Under the pieces are notes generated by a model that had not been told where the DNA came from, searched no databases, and saw only the letters and a program-made list of their open reading frames with translations. Position numbers and translations under genes: made by a program. A stretch of DNA of 64,000 nucleotides from contig CAZNGL010000001.1 in NCBI GenBank assembly GCA_964572405.1, positions 11,553 through 75,552 on the forward strand, written 5' to 3'. This document shows, piece after piece, positions 44,125 through 54,324 of the stretch (positions are counted from its first letter, which is position 1; each line of letters starts with the position of its first letter). Source of the stretch: an uncultured Bacteriovoracaceae bacterium (lineage in GTDB: Bacteria; Desulfobacterota; Desulfomonilia; UBA1062).

Positions 44125-46761
44125 TCAGATGATACTGAACTTGAACCCTGTCCCGTCGAGGGCCACCTTCACGGACCTGATCTCCTCGCCTTTCGCCATG
44201 CGGGTGAGGATCTCCTTCGACATGTCGGGCAGGAGCGTGTTCGTGAGGATGTGGTCCACGTTCCGCGCGCCGCTGTCCACCTCGGTGCACCGCCCGGCGA
44301 TGGCGTCCACGATCTCGTCGCCGAACTCGAAGGCGACCTTGCTGTTCGCCATCATGCGCTTCCTGATGCGGTTCAGCTTGAGCCTGGTGATGAGCCTCAT
44401 GATCTCGTCCGTGATGGGGTAGAAGGGCACCACCTTGAGCCTGCCCAGGAACGCCGGCTTGAAGACCTTCACCAGTTCCGGCCTGATCAGCTCCACAAGC
44501 GCCTCCGGCTCCGGCCTCGTCTCCTCGTCCGCGCAGGCCTTCATGATGGTGTCCGTGCCCGTGTTCGAGGTGAGGATGATGAGCGTGTTGCGGAAGTCGA
44601 TCTCTCGGCCCTCCCCGTCCTCCATCCTGCCCTTGTCGAAAACCTGGTAGAAGAGCTCCAGAACGTCCGGGTGGGCCTTCTCCACCTCGTCGAGCAGCAC
44701 CACGCTGTAGGGCCTGCGCCTCACCGCCTCGGTGAGCACGCCGCCCTCGCCGTAGCCCACGTAACCCGGGGGCGAGCCCTTGAGGCTCGAGACCGTGTGG
44801 GCCTCCTGGTACTCGGACATGTTGATGGTGATCACGTTCTCCTCGCCGCCGTAGAGCAGCTCGGACAGTGCGAGCGCGGTCTCGGTCTTGCCCACGCCGC
44901 TCGTACCCACGAACATGAAGACCGCGGTGGGTTTCGATGGGTCCTCTATGCCGGCGTGTGCGGTCTGGATCATCTGGGCCACGGCCTTCAGGGCGTGATC
45001 CTGGCCGATGATGCGCTCCTTGAGCAGGTTCTCCATGTTGAGCACGGTGGCGATCTCGTCCGCCATCATGCGCCCGACCGGGATGCCGGTCCAGCCGGAG
45101 ATCACCTCGGAGATTGTCTGGCCGGTTACGGCCACGGACACCAGGGGTTCGTCTCCCTGGACCTTGGCCAGCTGCTTTTCGAGGTCCTTGAGCTCCTTCT
45201 GCTTCTTCGCAAGGTCCTTGCTCCTTGGGTCCTTCTCGTGGAGATCGTGGATCACGCTCCGGGTATCCAGGATCCTGGTGGCCACCTCGAGCTCGGCCTT
45301 CCACTTCTTGTCCAGTGCATCCAACCGCTTCTGGGTATCCTTGAGATCCTTTTCCAGGGCCTTGATCTTTTCCCCATGGTCGATGCCCACCATGGTCTCC
45401 TTCTCCAGGGCCTTGAGCTCGCTCTTTATGTGGTTGATGCGGCGCGTCGCCTCCTCCACGGCGCCCGGGCTCGTGGTGAGCCCGATGGCCACCCGGGCGC
45501 AGGCGGTGTCCAGAACGCTCACGGCCTTGTCCGGCAGCTGCCTGCCGGATATGTAGCGGTGGGACAGCCGCACCGTGCTCTCAAGGGCCTCGTCCGTGAT
45601 CATGACCTTGTGGTGGTTCTCCAGGAAGGGCGCCACGCCCCGCATCATGACCAGGGCCTTCTCCTCGTCGGGCTCCTCCACCTTCACCACCTGGAAGCGC
45701 CGCGCCAGCGCCGCGTCCTTCTCGAAGTACTTCTTGTACTCGGCCCAGGTGGTGGCCGCGATGGTGCGGAGCTCGCCTCTCGCGAGCGCCGGCTTGAGCA
45801 GGTTGGCCGCGTCGCCCATTCCCGCCGAGCCGCCCGCGCCGATGAGCGTGTGGGCCTCGTCGATGAACAGGATGATGGGGGTCGGTGAGCCCTTCACCTC
45901 GTTGATGACCGACTTCAGCCGGTTCTCGAACTCGCCCTTCACGCCCGCCCCTGCCTGGAGCAGGCCAAGGTCGAGCGATCGGATCTCCACGCCAACAAGC
46001 GCCGGCGGCACATCGCCCTCGGCCACCCGCATGGCGAATCCCTCCACCACGGCGGTCTTTCCCACGCCCGCCTCTCCCGTCAGGATGGGGTTGTTCTGGC
46101 GGCGCCTGATGAGGATGTCCACCATCTGGCGCACCTCGAAGTCCCTGCCCAGCACCGGGTCGATCTTGCCGGCCTTCGCCTGGGCCGTGAGGTTGATGGT
46201 GAACTGGTCCAGGGCCTTGGTGCCTGCGGGCTTGCCCTTTTCCTGGGCGCCCGGGGTGGCGGCCGCCCGGGCGGCCTCGCTGTCCTCGGCGGAGCCCTTG
46301 ACGATGTCCATGAGGGACTCCTGGAGGGTCTCCACCTTGACCTTTCTCAGCGAATCGGAGTCCGAGATGAGCAGCCTGGCGGTCTGCTCGTTCTTGAGCA
46401 GCGCCAGCACGATGTGGCCGGAGCGGACCACGTCGTCCGCGAACTCGATGGAGGCGAGCATCCATGCTTCCTGAATCATCTTCGGGATCTGGGGCGAGAA
46501 GACCGGTGTCCTGGCATTGCCCGTCTTGAAGCCCTCCAGTGCACGGGTGAGGTCTGCGTTGAGACGGTCGGCATTGACCTCGAAGTGTCTCAGTATCTTG
46601 TGGAAGTCCGTGTCCTTGAGGTCCAGGAGCTTGAGGAGGAAGTGCTCCAAATCAACTTCATAATGGGTGTGGGACATGCACAGACCCGCTGCCGACTCCA
46701 GGGTGCTCCTGCAGGTTGCGTTCAGCTTCCCGATCAATGTCTTCAGATTGGACACTGCCAT
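44125..46761 (-). CDS. clpV: T6SS AAA+ ATPase ClpV (TssH)
   Basis: ClpB-like double AAA+ (GEAGVGKTA, GTSGVGKTE Walker A motifs). ClpV-type N-domain. 878 aa. Confidence 0.9.
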   Translation of the reverse strand: MAVSNLKTLIGKLNATCRSTLESAAGLCMSHTHYEVDLEHFLLKLLDLKDTDFHKILRHFEVNADRLNADLTRALEGFKTGNARTPVFSPQIPKMIQEAWMLASIEFADDVVRSGHIVLALLKNEQTARLLISDSDSLRKVKVETLQESLMDIVKGSAEDSEAARAAATPGAQEKGKPAGTKALDQFTINLTAQAKAGKIDPVLGRDFEVRQMVDILIRRRQNNPILTGEAGVGKTAVVEGFAMRVAEGDVPPALVGVEIRSLDLGLLQAGAGVKGEFENRLKSVINEVKGSPTPIILFIDEAHTLIGAGGSAGMGDAANLLKPALARGELRTIAATTWAEYKKYFEKDAALARRFQVVKVEEPDEEKALVMMRGVAPFLENHHKVMITDEALESTVRLSHRYISGRQLPDKAVSVLDTACARVAIGLTTSPGAVEEATRRINHIKSELKALEKETMVGIDHGEKIKALEKDLKDTQKRLDALDKKWKAELEVATRILDTRSVIHDLHEKDPRSKDLAKKQKELKDLEKQLAKVQGDEPLVSVAVTGQTISEVISGWTGIPVGRMMADEIATVLNMENLLKERIIGQDHALKAVAQMIQTAHAGIEDPSKPTAVFMFVGTSGVGKTETALALSELLYGGEENVITINMSEYQEAHTVSSLKGSPPGYVGYGEGGVLTEAVRRRPYSVVLLDEVEKAHPDVLELFYQVFDKGRMEDGEGREIDFRNTLIILTSNTGTDTIMKACADEETRPEPEALVELIRPELVKVFKPAFLGRLKVVPFYPITDEIMRLITRLKLNRIRKRMMANSKVAFEFGDEIVDAIAGRCTEVDSGARNVDHILTNTLLPDMSKEILTRMAKGEEIRSVKVALDGTGFKFSII

Positions 46762-46861
46762 GGTCTCTCCTTTCGATCTCAGTGAAAACTGAATCCTTTG
46801 ACTCGAACGGGTCAGTCCTCCTCTGACACGCAGGTTCTCCCCTGCCAGGGGCCTGACCCAT

Positions 46862-47938
46862 TCAACTCAAAGGTCCACGTCCTTTTTCCGCAACACCGTA
46901 TCCTCCCCGCATCACCTGGTCTTCGCCGATGGTAATGAACACGTCCCGCTCCGGCACGGTTCCGGGCCTGAGCAGCCAGCTCGTCATGCCCAGCCTGCTG
47001 TCCCCCCCCAGCGTGCAGGGAGGCACCTCGTCCCTGTCCAGGACCACCTTCAGGTCGAACTCGTATTCCATGCCCACCCGGTACCTGACCAGCGAGAAAA
47101 TGGGCTTCAGCATGGCCCCGCCCGGAAGGAACCGCACGAAGTCATCGTAGCCCATGGGCCCGAGCCCCACGAGGAACTTGGTCTGGCAGTCCCACACGTA
47201 GCTTCCGCACAGGGCGTCCTCGCCGAGACGCGCATTCGCCCCTCCGAGACGGGTGTGATCCTCGTCGCTCAGGGGGATGATGCGCTCGATGAACTCCACC
47301 ACCTCTGCACGGACACCGGAGAGGTAGGATACGGCGGCCTCTATGCCTGCGACCGTCGGAGGCCGCGTGGAGAAGAGCCCGGTGTAGAACGCCAGGGATT
47401 CGGTGGGGAGGCCGATCTTGTCGGACATCCCTCCAGTGCCCAGCCCGCACAGGCTCAGGAGGTAGCCCGTGAGCCTGTCGTGTCCCCCCGGCGCATAGTT
47501 CTCGGGGAAACGCTGTTTCTTCCATGCCAGGTAGAACAGGGTCACCAGGCGGTGATGGAAAATGTCGAGAAAGGCCGCCAGCGAGCTGTCCTTCTGCTTC
47601 TGGCGTTCCAGGGCGAGTTCGGTGTACCAGTAGGGCAGCACGCCGGAAGGGCCGATGAGCCCGAGGAAGGTCACTGCCATGTCCGAGGGCTTATCAGCCC
47701 CGTTGTCCGCGAGATCGGCGATCTCCGCCGCAGGGAAGGCGAGTCCGGGCTTCACCGAGAAGCGCACCGCCTCCCGGTTCGGCGTCAGACCGGAGCCGAG
47801 AGGCTCCTTCTCCGAAGAAAGGCTCTCCAGCAGATGCACCGCCTGGAAGAAGGAAAACCTGTGGAACTCCCGGAAAAGCCGGTCCCTCAGGGGGATGGTG
47901 CCTACAGGAGGATCCGCTTGCCGTTTCTTGGCGGCCAC
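46862..47938 (-). CDS. tssG: T6SS baseplate protein TssG
   Basis: FSFFQAVHLLE motif near the N-terminus. ~358 aa. Overlaps the tssF 3' end. Confidence 0.8.
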   Translation of the reverse strand: MAAKKRQADPPVGTIPLRDRLFREFHRFSFFQAVHLLESLSSEKEPLGSGLTPNREAVRFSVKPGLAFPAAEIADLADNGADKPSDMAVTFLGLIGPSGVLPYWYTELALERQKQKDSSLAAFLDIFHHRLVTLFYLAWKKQRFPENYAPGGHDRLTGYLLSLCGLGTGGMSDKIGLPTESLAFYTGLFSTRPPTVAGIEAAVSYLSGVRAEVVEFIERIIPLSDEDHTRLGGANARLGEDALCGSYVWDCQTKFLVGLGPMGYDDFVRFLPGGAMLKPIFSLVRYRVGMEYEFDLKVVLDRDEVPPCTLGGDSRLGMTSWLLRPGTVPERDVFITIGEDQVMRGGYGVAEKGRGPLS

Positions 47939-49701
47939 TTCTTCAGAGCCTCTTTCCTCTGTAGGGTCTTCACCTCGAGCTGGGTGAAGGAGTTCACCGA
48001 GACGTACTGGGCCAGAAACCGTTCCAGCACCGAGGCGAACAGGTACAGCCCGGCACCCACGAACTTGTCCTCGTCGAGGGTGAGGGTGACGTGCATGCCC
48101 CGGCAGAAGGACCGCCCCATGCGGCGCGTCACGTGTTCGGAAGAGATGGAACTGATGCCTGCGATCTGCTGGGCGGTGGACGGGCTGTTCTCGAAGTCAT
48201 AGAGCCTCAAAAGCTCCTGGAGCGCCCCCTCCCCGCCCTCCACGAGCGAGAGATAGTTGAGGCTCAGGTGCGAGATCAGCCGCCACTGGAGCGCCCCCTT
48301 CAGGCCCGGCCTGCGCGTGGGGGTCGGCTTGATGAGGCAGGTGATCTTCGCCACCGGCAGGGCCGTGTCCAGGCTGAAGTCCCCGGCCGCGTCGCCGAAG
48401 GGCAGCCGGGCGGGAAGGTCGCGGTTCGTACACACGGTATGCACCGTGACAACCTCGAAGCCCGGGTCCATGGAGTTGAAGGCCGCATCCGCGAAGCTCA
48501 GGTACACCTCGGTGCCGCTGTCACCCTTCCTCCCGGACAGCGCCCTCCTCATGTGCCAGAAGGATGCCCCCTTCTGGCCCTCCTCCAGATGATGCCTGGT
48601 GGAGTAGAAGGGTCTGATGTCGATGGTTTTGCCGGGCTGCGAAGGCGAGGTCGAGACCACCCGGTCGATGTAGTAGACCTCCGCTGCGTCCTGCCTGCGC
48701 AAGTCGGGGATGACCCGGTACTCGGAGAGCTGCCGCTCCACCCGGATGGGTTCGGCGGTCTTCCTGAACAGGTTCACCGCGGGTGCGGCATTCAGGCAGA
48801 AGGTGTCCTCATTCACGACGAGGCCGTGTCTGGCGGGCCGGTCCAGGTAGATGGAGACGTCCACCGTGTCGGTGGAGGACAGCTCCCTGATCGCCTCGAA
48901 GCCCTTAAGGTCGAAGAACAGGAACTTCTCCGGGAAGCAGAAGTACTCGAAGAGCGTGAGGTAGCCCGGGAACGACCGGGGGGACGCGGGGATGAGCACC
49001 TCGTCCGGATCGAACCCCACCTGCCGGATGGCATCGGGGCCGGATGAAACGATCTTCTTTGTGCCGTCCCTGCCGGTCGTCTCGAACTCGACGGCTACCA
49101 CGTTGTTGAAGAGCAGCTCGTAGAGGGCGAACATGTGCTGGTGCGATCCGTTCAGGTAGAATCTGAGTTTATCGAACCCCACCTGGGGCATGGCGAGGTT
49201 GTTGAAGCTCTTGAGCTGTATCCACAGCGTCTGCTGGGCCCCCTCCCTCAGCCTCTTCATGTCCCTGAATCCCGCCCCGGTGAGCTCCACGGGCCAGAGC
49301 ACGGTCGGGTATGCCGTGGAGAACTGGCAGGCGGTGCCACCCACGGGCTTCGAATAGAGCTGCGTCCCCTTCTCTATGGTGAGACCCGAGGCCGGGAGGG
49401 TCTGCCTCACGGGATCGAACCTGACCACGGTCATGGAGGGGATGGGACTGATGTAGTGGGGATAGATGATCTGGAACAGGCTCTCGGTGATCTCGGGGAA
49501 ATCGTCGTCGATCTTGTGGCGGATGCGCCCGCACAGCAGGGCAAAGGCCTCGATGAGCCGCTCGGTGTGCGGGTCCTCGCACTTGTCCGCCTCGAGCTGG
49601 AGCCTTCCCGCAATCTTGGGGTACTTCTTCGCGAACTCGGCCCCCATCTCGCGGATGTAGGTCAGCTCTCGTTCGTAGTACTGGAGCAGGGTGTCTTCCA
49701 T
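47902..49701 (-). CDS. tssF: T6SS baseplate protein TssF
   Basis: N-terminus MEDTLLQYYERELTYIREMGAEFAKKYPKIAGRL is canonical TssF. 599 aa. Confidence 0.85.
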   Translation of the reverse strand: MEDTLLQYYERELTYIREMGAEFAKKYPKIAGRLQLEADKCEDPHTERLIEAFALLCGRIRHKIDDDFPEITESLFQIIYPHYISPIPSMTVVRFDPVRQTLPASGLTIEKGTQLYSKPVGGTACQFSTAYPTVLWPVELTGAGFRDMKRLREGAQQTLWIQLKSFNNLAMPQVGFDKLRFYLNGSHQHMFALYELLFNNVVAVEFETTGRDGTKKIVSSGPDAIRQVGFDPDEVLIPASPRSFPGYLTLFEYFCFPEKFLFFDLKGFEAIRELSSTDTVDVSIYLDRPARHGLVVNEDTFCLNAAPAVNLFRKTAEPIRVERQLSEYRVIPDLRRQDAAEVYYIDRVVSTSPSQPGKTIDIRPFYSTRHHLEEGQKGASFWHMRRALSGRKGDSGTEVYLSFADAAFNSMDPGFEVVTVHTVCTNRDLPARLPFGDAAGDFSLDTALPVAKITCLIKPTPTRRPGLKGALQWRLISHLSLNYLSLVEGGEGALQELLRLYDFENSPSTAQQIAGISSISSEHVTRRMGRSFCRGMHVTLTLDEDKFVGAGLYLFASVLERFLAQYVSVNSFTQLEVKTLQRKEALKKWPPRNGKRILL

Positions 49702-49714
49702 TCCTCGTGGTCCC

Positions 49715-50182
49715 CTATCGTGTAATGAGGTATTCTCCCCTGTTGATGTCGAAGAAGGTGTCGAACTGCACGGGCTCCTTCTCGGGCTCGATGATGAGGA
49801 CCGCGTTGATCCTGAAGCGGAGGCTGTGGGTCTTCTGGTCCTGTTCCAGCTGCACCTTCACGTTCCTGAGCCTCGGCTCCCAGCGGGCGATGGACCGTTC
49901 GATGTCCTGCCGGAGGAGCTTGCGCACCGAGGCGCTCCTGGGGTTGAGCGAGGTGTAGTCCTTGATGCCGTAGGCGTACACGGAGCGGTTGAGCTCGGAG
50001 AATTCCGCCGGGGGCTGCTCGATGATACGCCTCGTGTTCAGGAGCCTCTCCAGGTCACGGATGACGCAGGCCCTGACCTGTCGCATGCTGAGGAAGCGGA
50101 ACTGGACGGGTTCCGAAGATGCCTCGGGCTCGTCGTCGATGAGCCTGTCGAGGATGGATGCCTGGAGGTTCTCGTGGGTCAA
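49715..50182 (-). CDS. tssE: T6SS baseplate protein TssE (gp25-like)
   Basis: 155 aa. SILDRLIDDEP...VRACVIRDLERLLNTRR matches the gp25/TssE pattern. Confidence 0.85.
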   Translation of the reverse strand: MTHENLQASILDRLIDDEPEASSEPVQFRFLSMRQVRACVIRDLERLLNTRRIIEQPPAEFSELNRSVYAYGIKDYTSLNPRSASVRKLLRQDIERSIARWEPRLRNVKVQLEQDQKTHSLRFRINAVLIIEPEKEPVQFDTFFDINRGEYLITR

Positions 50183-50319
50183 TGGTTGTGTGAGACTTGT
50201 GGGAGCGGTTTGCCTTCAGGGGCCGGGACGCGCGGGGCATATCATCCCCGCGAACCCGGCCCCCGGTTCATGGTGAGGCGCTGACCGTTCTGAAGGCCGA
50301 CTCCCTCTCTGCGCCCGCC

Positions 50320-50817
50320 TTAGGCCCCCTTGTTCGCCGTGAGATCCCAGTTCGACTTCACGTCTCCCGAGGCCTTGCCGGTCTTCGGGTCGGTGGCGGT
50401 GTACGTCCACTCGATCTTGCCGTAGCTGAAGGAAACCTCCTCCAGCGGCAGGGTCTCGCCGCCCTGGGCGGACCCGCCGGGCCTCACCGAGGTGACGATG
50501 GCGTCCGAGAGCTTGTACTCCATGTATTTGGTCTTGTCGCCTGCAGCCCTGCAGAGCTCGAGCTTCACCTCCTTGATGTGGGTGCCGTTGCAGCATGCCA
50601 GCGCAAGCTTCGGCGAAGCCTTGTCCAGGGCCTTCACGATGGAAAAGTCCTGGTGGTTGCACCGCTCGGCGCTCCTGCCGCCGGCAGTGCTCGCAGACCC
50701 AGATGCCGGCTGTGAAACCCCGTGACTGTAGGAGAGGACCTCTATCCACTCCTTGTGCTTGTCATCGGAGCTCTCGCCCGGGATACCGTCGACTTTTAAA
50801 AAAGCATCAAAAGCCAT
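50320..50817 (-). CDS. hcp: Hcp (TssD) tube protein
   Basis: MAFDAFLKVDGIPGESSDDKHKEWIEVLSYSHGVSQ... is the typical Hcp1-family N-terminus. 165 aa. Confidence 0.9.
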   Translation of the reverse strand: MAFDAFLKVDGIPGESSDDKHKEWIEVLSYSHGVSQPASGSASTAGGRSAERCNHQDFSIVKALDKASPKLALACCNGTHIKEVKLELCRAAGDKTKYMEYKLSDAIVTSVRPGGSAQGGETLPLEEVSFSYGKIEWTYTATDPKTGKASGDVKSNWDLTANKGA

Positions 50818-50907
50818 GTATTGCTCCCTCCTTTCTGCAATCTTCGGATATTCAGGCTCGTCTGTTCATGACGTTCCATCACTGAAGCGTCCTGTTTCAC
50901 GCGGCCC

Positions 50908-52398
50908 CTACCCCTTGGCTGGGGGCGGGAGGTCCGCCACAAGCCGCAGGGATACGGAGAGCTCGTCGAGCTGGTAATGCGGCTTGAGGAAGGCGACCGC
51001 CCGGTAGCAGCCGGGCTTGCCGGGTATCTCGGCCACGTCCACCCTGGCTTCACGGAGCGGGTAGCTGGCCTTGATCTCCTGGCCGGCGCTGTCGTCCAGC
51101 AGGACGTACTTGCTGATCCACCGGTTCAGGAAGTCCTCGGCGTCCTTGCGGGTCATGAAGCTGCCGATCTTGTCGCGCATGATGGACTTCAGGTAGTGGG
51201 CGAACCGGCTGATGGCGAGGATGTACTGGAGCTGCGCCGAGAGCCGTGCGTTGGCGTTGGCCGCGTCCGTGTCGTAGGTCTTGGGCTTGTTCGCGGTCTG
51301 GGTGCTGAAGAATGCCGCGTAGTCGGTGCCCTTGCAGTGCACGAGCGGCACGAACCCGAGGTCCGCGAGTTCCTTTTCCCGGCGGTCCGTGATGGCGATC
51401 TCGGTGGGGCACTTGAGTGCCACGTCGCCCTCGTCGGTCTTGAAGGTGTGGACCGGCAGGCCCTGCACCAGGCCGCCCCCCTCCACGCCCCGGATGGCCG
51501 CGGTCCAGTGGAACTTGGCGAAGGCGTCGGTGAGCCTCGTGCCCAGGGCATAGGCCGCGTTGCCCCAGAGGTACTTGTCGTGCTCGGTTCCCGTGACGTC
51601 CTCCTCGAAGTTGAAGGCCTCCACGGGCACGTTGGCCGCGCCGTAGGGAAGCCGGGACAGCACGTGCGGCAGGGTCAGGGCCACGTAGCGGGAGTCCTCG
51701 GAGTCGCGGAACGACTTCCACTTGGCGTAATCAACGCTCTGGAAGATCTTTGCCAGGTCTCGGGGCTGGCCCAGCTCGGTGTAGGAGTCCAGGTTGAACA
51801 TCTTGGGTGAGGCCGCGGAGATGAAGGGTGCGTGGGCCGCAGCCGCCACCTGGGAGATCTTCTCGAGGAGCGAGAGGTCCTGGGGGTGGTTGCCGAACTC
51901 GTAGTCTCCGATGAGCGCACCGTAGGAGGCGCCGCCGAACATGCCGAACTCCTCCTCGTAGATCTTCTTGAAAAGCGTCGACTGGTCGAATTCGGTGGCC
52001 TTCTCCATGTCCTTGAGGAGCTCGCTCTTGGTGGAGTTCATCACCCGGATCTTGAGCTTCTCGCCTGTCTCGCTCTGGCTCACCAGGTAGAACAGCCCCC
52101 GCCAGGACGCCTCGAGCTTCTGGAAGTCTTCGTGGTGCATGACCTCGTTGAGCTGGTCGGAGAGGAGCTTGTCGATCTGGGCGATGCGCGCGTTGATCAT
52201 GGCCTCGGTGTCCTTGGACACCACCATGGCGCCCTCCATGACCTGGCTCACGAACTCGCCGATGAGGTCCCTGGCGCGGGCGCGCTGGCTCTCGTCGCGG
52301 GCCATGCGGCCCTGGTCGATGATCTGATCCAGGAGGCTCTTCTCCTCCTGGACGGCTTGTGTCTGTGCCTGTTCCTTCTGCTGATCCTTCTCAGCCAT
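50908..52398 (-). CDS. tssC: T6SS sheath large subunit TssC (VipB)
   Basis: 496 aa. FQKLEASWRGLFYL, GALIGDYEFG, YLWGNAAYA motifs. Confidence 0.9.
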   Translation of the reverse strand: MAEKDQQKEQAQTQAVQEEKSLLDQIIDQGRMARDESQRARARDLIGEFVSQVMEGAMVVSKDTEAMINARIAQIDKLLSDQLNEVMHHEDFQKLEASWRGLFYLVSQSETGEKLKIRVMNSTKSELLKDMEKATEFDQSTLFKKIYEEEFGMFGGASYGALIGDYEFGNHPQDLSLLEKISQVAAAAHAPFISAASPKMFNLDSYTELGQPRDLAKIFQSVDYAKWKSFRDSEDSRYVALTLPHVLSRLPYGAANVPVEAFNFEEDVTGTEHDKYLWGNAAYALGTRLTDAFAKFHWTAAIRGVEGGGLVQGLPVHTFKTDEGDVALKCPTEIAITDRREKELADLGFVPLVHCKGTDYAAFFSTQTANKPKTYDTDAANANARLSAQLQYILAISRFAHYLKSIMRDKIGSFMTRKDAEDFLNRWISKYVLLDDSAGQEIKASYPLREARVDVAEIPGKPGCYRAVAFLKPHYQLDELSVSLRLVADLPPPAKG

Positions 52399-52410
52399 AG
52401 GCCTTCCCTC

Positions 52411-52935
52411 CTACTCTTTCTTGTCTTCCGGCTTGGCCACCCCGGCCTCTTCCCCGATCTTCTTCAGGGAATCGGTGCTGGAGATGACATCCTGGAGGAG
52501 CTCTTCGAGCTTTTCGTTCCCGTCGAGCTTGCTCAGGAGATCGGAGAGCCTCTTGCGGGCCTCCACCAGCTTCCGCAGCGGCGGTATCTGCTCGGCCACG
52601 CGCTCCGGGTGGAAATCGTCCATGGACTTGAAGCGCAGGTCCACGGCGATCTGGGTCCCGTCGTTCGTGAGCTTGTTGTCCACGCGGTAGGCCACCCTCG
52701 GCTTCATGCCTTCGAGCACCTTGTTGAAGTTGTCGCGGTCTATCTCGATGAATTTCCTGTCCTTCAGCTTCGGCAGCGGCTCGTCCGGCTTGCCGGAAAA
52801 ATCGCCCAGCACACCCACCACGAACGGGATCTCCTTCATCTCGATGGAGTCGCCGATCTCCACGTCATAGGTGATCTGGACCCGGGGGGCCCTCACCCTG
52901 TCGAGGGTATGCTGCAAACTCTCCTTTTTTGCCAT
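52411..52935 (-). CDS. tssB: T6SS sheath small subunit TssB (VipA)
   Basis: 174 aa. PFVVGVLGDFSG...DRDNFNKVL...DDFHPE. Confidence 0.9.
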   Translation of the reverse strand: MAKKESLQHTLDRVRAPRVQITYDVEIGDSIEMKEIPFVVGVLGDFSGKPDEPLPKLKDRKFIEIDRDNFNKVLEGMKPRVAYRVDNKLTNDGTQIAVDLRFKSMDDFHPERVAEQIPPLRKLVEARKRLSDLLSKLDGNEKLEELLQDVISSTDSLKKIGEEAGVAKPEDKKE

Positions 52936-52938
52936 ATG

Positions 52939-54324
52939 TTACCCTCCTTTCTTATACGCAAGCGCCTTGGTGATATCCAATGAACACAGCTTCGGGAACA
53001 GCTCGTTTTCCGCCTTCACCCTGTCCTCCTCCGATGCCCCCCCGGAGATGAGGCACTGGTAGTACGCCTCGATCACCTCGGCGATCCACAGGGGCGATTC
53101 CCACCTCTCGAGGTTGAGCTCGCCGATGAGTGCATAGAGCTCCTCCACGATGGGCCGGGCGATGTCCGGCCGTTCGGCCATGAGGGCGAGCCTGGCCATC
53201 ATGAGCCGGTACCGGTTCTTCTGCCTTATCGAGGGAGCGCTTCCCGAGGCGGCCAGGAGCTGGGACAGCGCGATGTTGATGCCCAGGGACGTCAGGGTTT
53301 CCTGGGCCGTCTGCCAGACCACGTCCTCCTCGGTTGCCCGGCTGATCGTCTGCACCGGCGGGACTGCAGACGCCACGGCTTCCGCAGGGGCTGCATGGAG
53401 CGGTTCGGCCACTGTACCCTCCTTCAAGGCGGCCTTCGCTGCCTTGCCCTTCTTCGGCTTTTCAGGCTCAGGCACCGCCGCGGACTCCGTCGTCGGCTGC
53501 GGAGGGGGCGCCTCGCGTCCCCCACGTTCCTTCACGATCGAGTTCACCACGCGCTGGCAGTCCTCGATGGCCTTCTTCACGTCCGAGAGCCTGGGGGCGT
53601 CCCGTCCGAACTTTTCATCCACCACGGCGTCGAGCCTCTCGTAAACCTGCAGGCATGCATCAACCTCGTCCGCGAGCCTCAGATAGAAGTCCTTGGACGA
53701 GCTTGCCACGGCCGAGTCGAAGGTCTCTGCAGGGATCCTGCCCTCGGCCAAGGCCTCCTGCCGGATGCGCACCTTGGTGTCGTCCGCGTCGCCCCACTGG
53801 TTCTTGGTGTCCTTCTCGTATCCCACCTGGCGTGACTCCTGCCATTTGTTCCACGAATATCCCTCGGAGGCCTTCTCGTCGGTGAGGGGAATGTCCCGTA
53901 TGGACAGGCTCACCTTGTCGTTGAGGAACTCCAGCGGGCCGCTCCGGTACTCCAGGTCTCCGTCTTCGGCCAGGGGATAGACATGCTCCCAGAAATCACG
54001 GATGAACGTATCGAGGATGGTGAGCCCGGCGTTCAGCCCGGCAAAGCCCTGCTTCCTGATGAGCGCCTCGACGAGCCAGACCGCGATCTGGATGTCCTTG
54101 GTCCTGGTGGAAAGGGCCGATGATGCCACCTCGATGACGGTTCCCCAGTCGGACCGCTTGACTTCTCGCTGCCAGTCGCCCTGATCCAGCATGTCGTCGG
54201 CGCGCCGCGCCTCCTTGATGCGCTCGTACACGTCGGTGTAACGCAGGTCCTCGCCCGAGGGGTTCTCCCCTGGCAGCGGGGCGAGGATGGCGCTTATGTC
54301 GAACGTAGTCTTGCCCATGGTCAT
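52939..54324 (-). CDS. tssA: TssA (ImpA N-terminal domain protein)
   Basis: ImpA_N pattern ISAILAPLPGENPSGEDLRYTDVYERIKEARR...SDWGTVIEVASSALSTRTKDIQIAVWLVEALIR. Confidence 0.8.
   Translation of the reverse strand: MTMGKTTFDISAILAPLPGENPSGEDLRYTDVYERIKEARRADDMLDQGDWQREVKRSDWGTVIEVASSALSTRTKDIQIAVWLVEALIRKQGFAGLNAGLTILDTFIRDFWEHVYPLAEDGDLEYRSGPLEFLNDKVSLSIRDIPLTDEKASEGYSWNKWQESRQVGYEKDTKNQWGDADDTKVRIRQEALAEGRIPAETFDSAVASSSKDFYLRLADEVDACLQVYERLDAVVDEKFGRDAPRLSDVKKAIEDCQRVVNSIVKERGGREAPPPQPTTESAAVPEPEKPKKGKAAKAALKEGTVAEPLHAAPAEAVASAVPPVQTISRATEEDVVWQTAQETLTSLGINIALSQLLAASGSAPSIRQKNRYRLMMARLALMAERPDIARPIVEELYALIGELNLERWESPLWIAEVIEAYYQCLISGGASEEDRVKAENELFPKLCSLDITKALAYKKGG

Noticed and set aside
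44251-45888. 545-aa plus-strand ORF antisense to clpV, and 43331..45304 657-aa minus ORF
   Set aside because: Antisense and out-of-frame artefacts. Only the last 255 codons of the 657-aa ORF (after the clpV stop) form a plausible gene.
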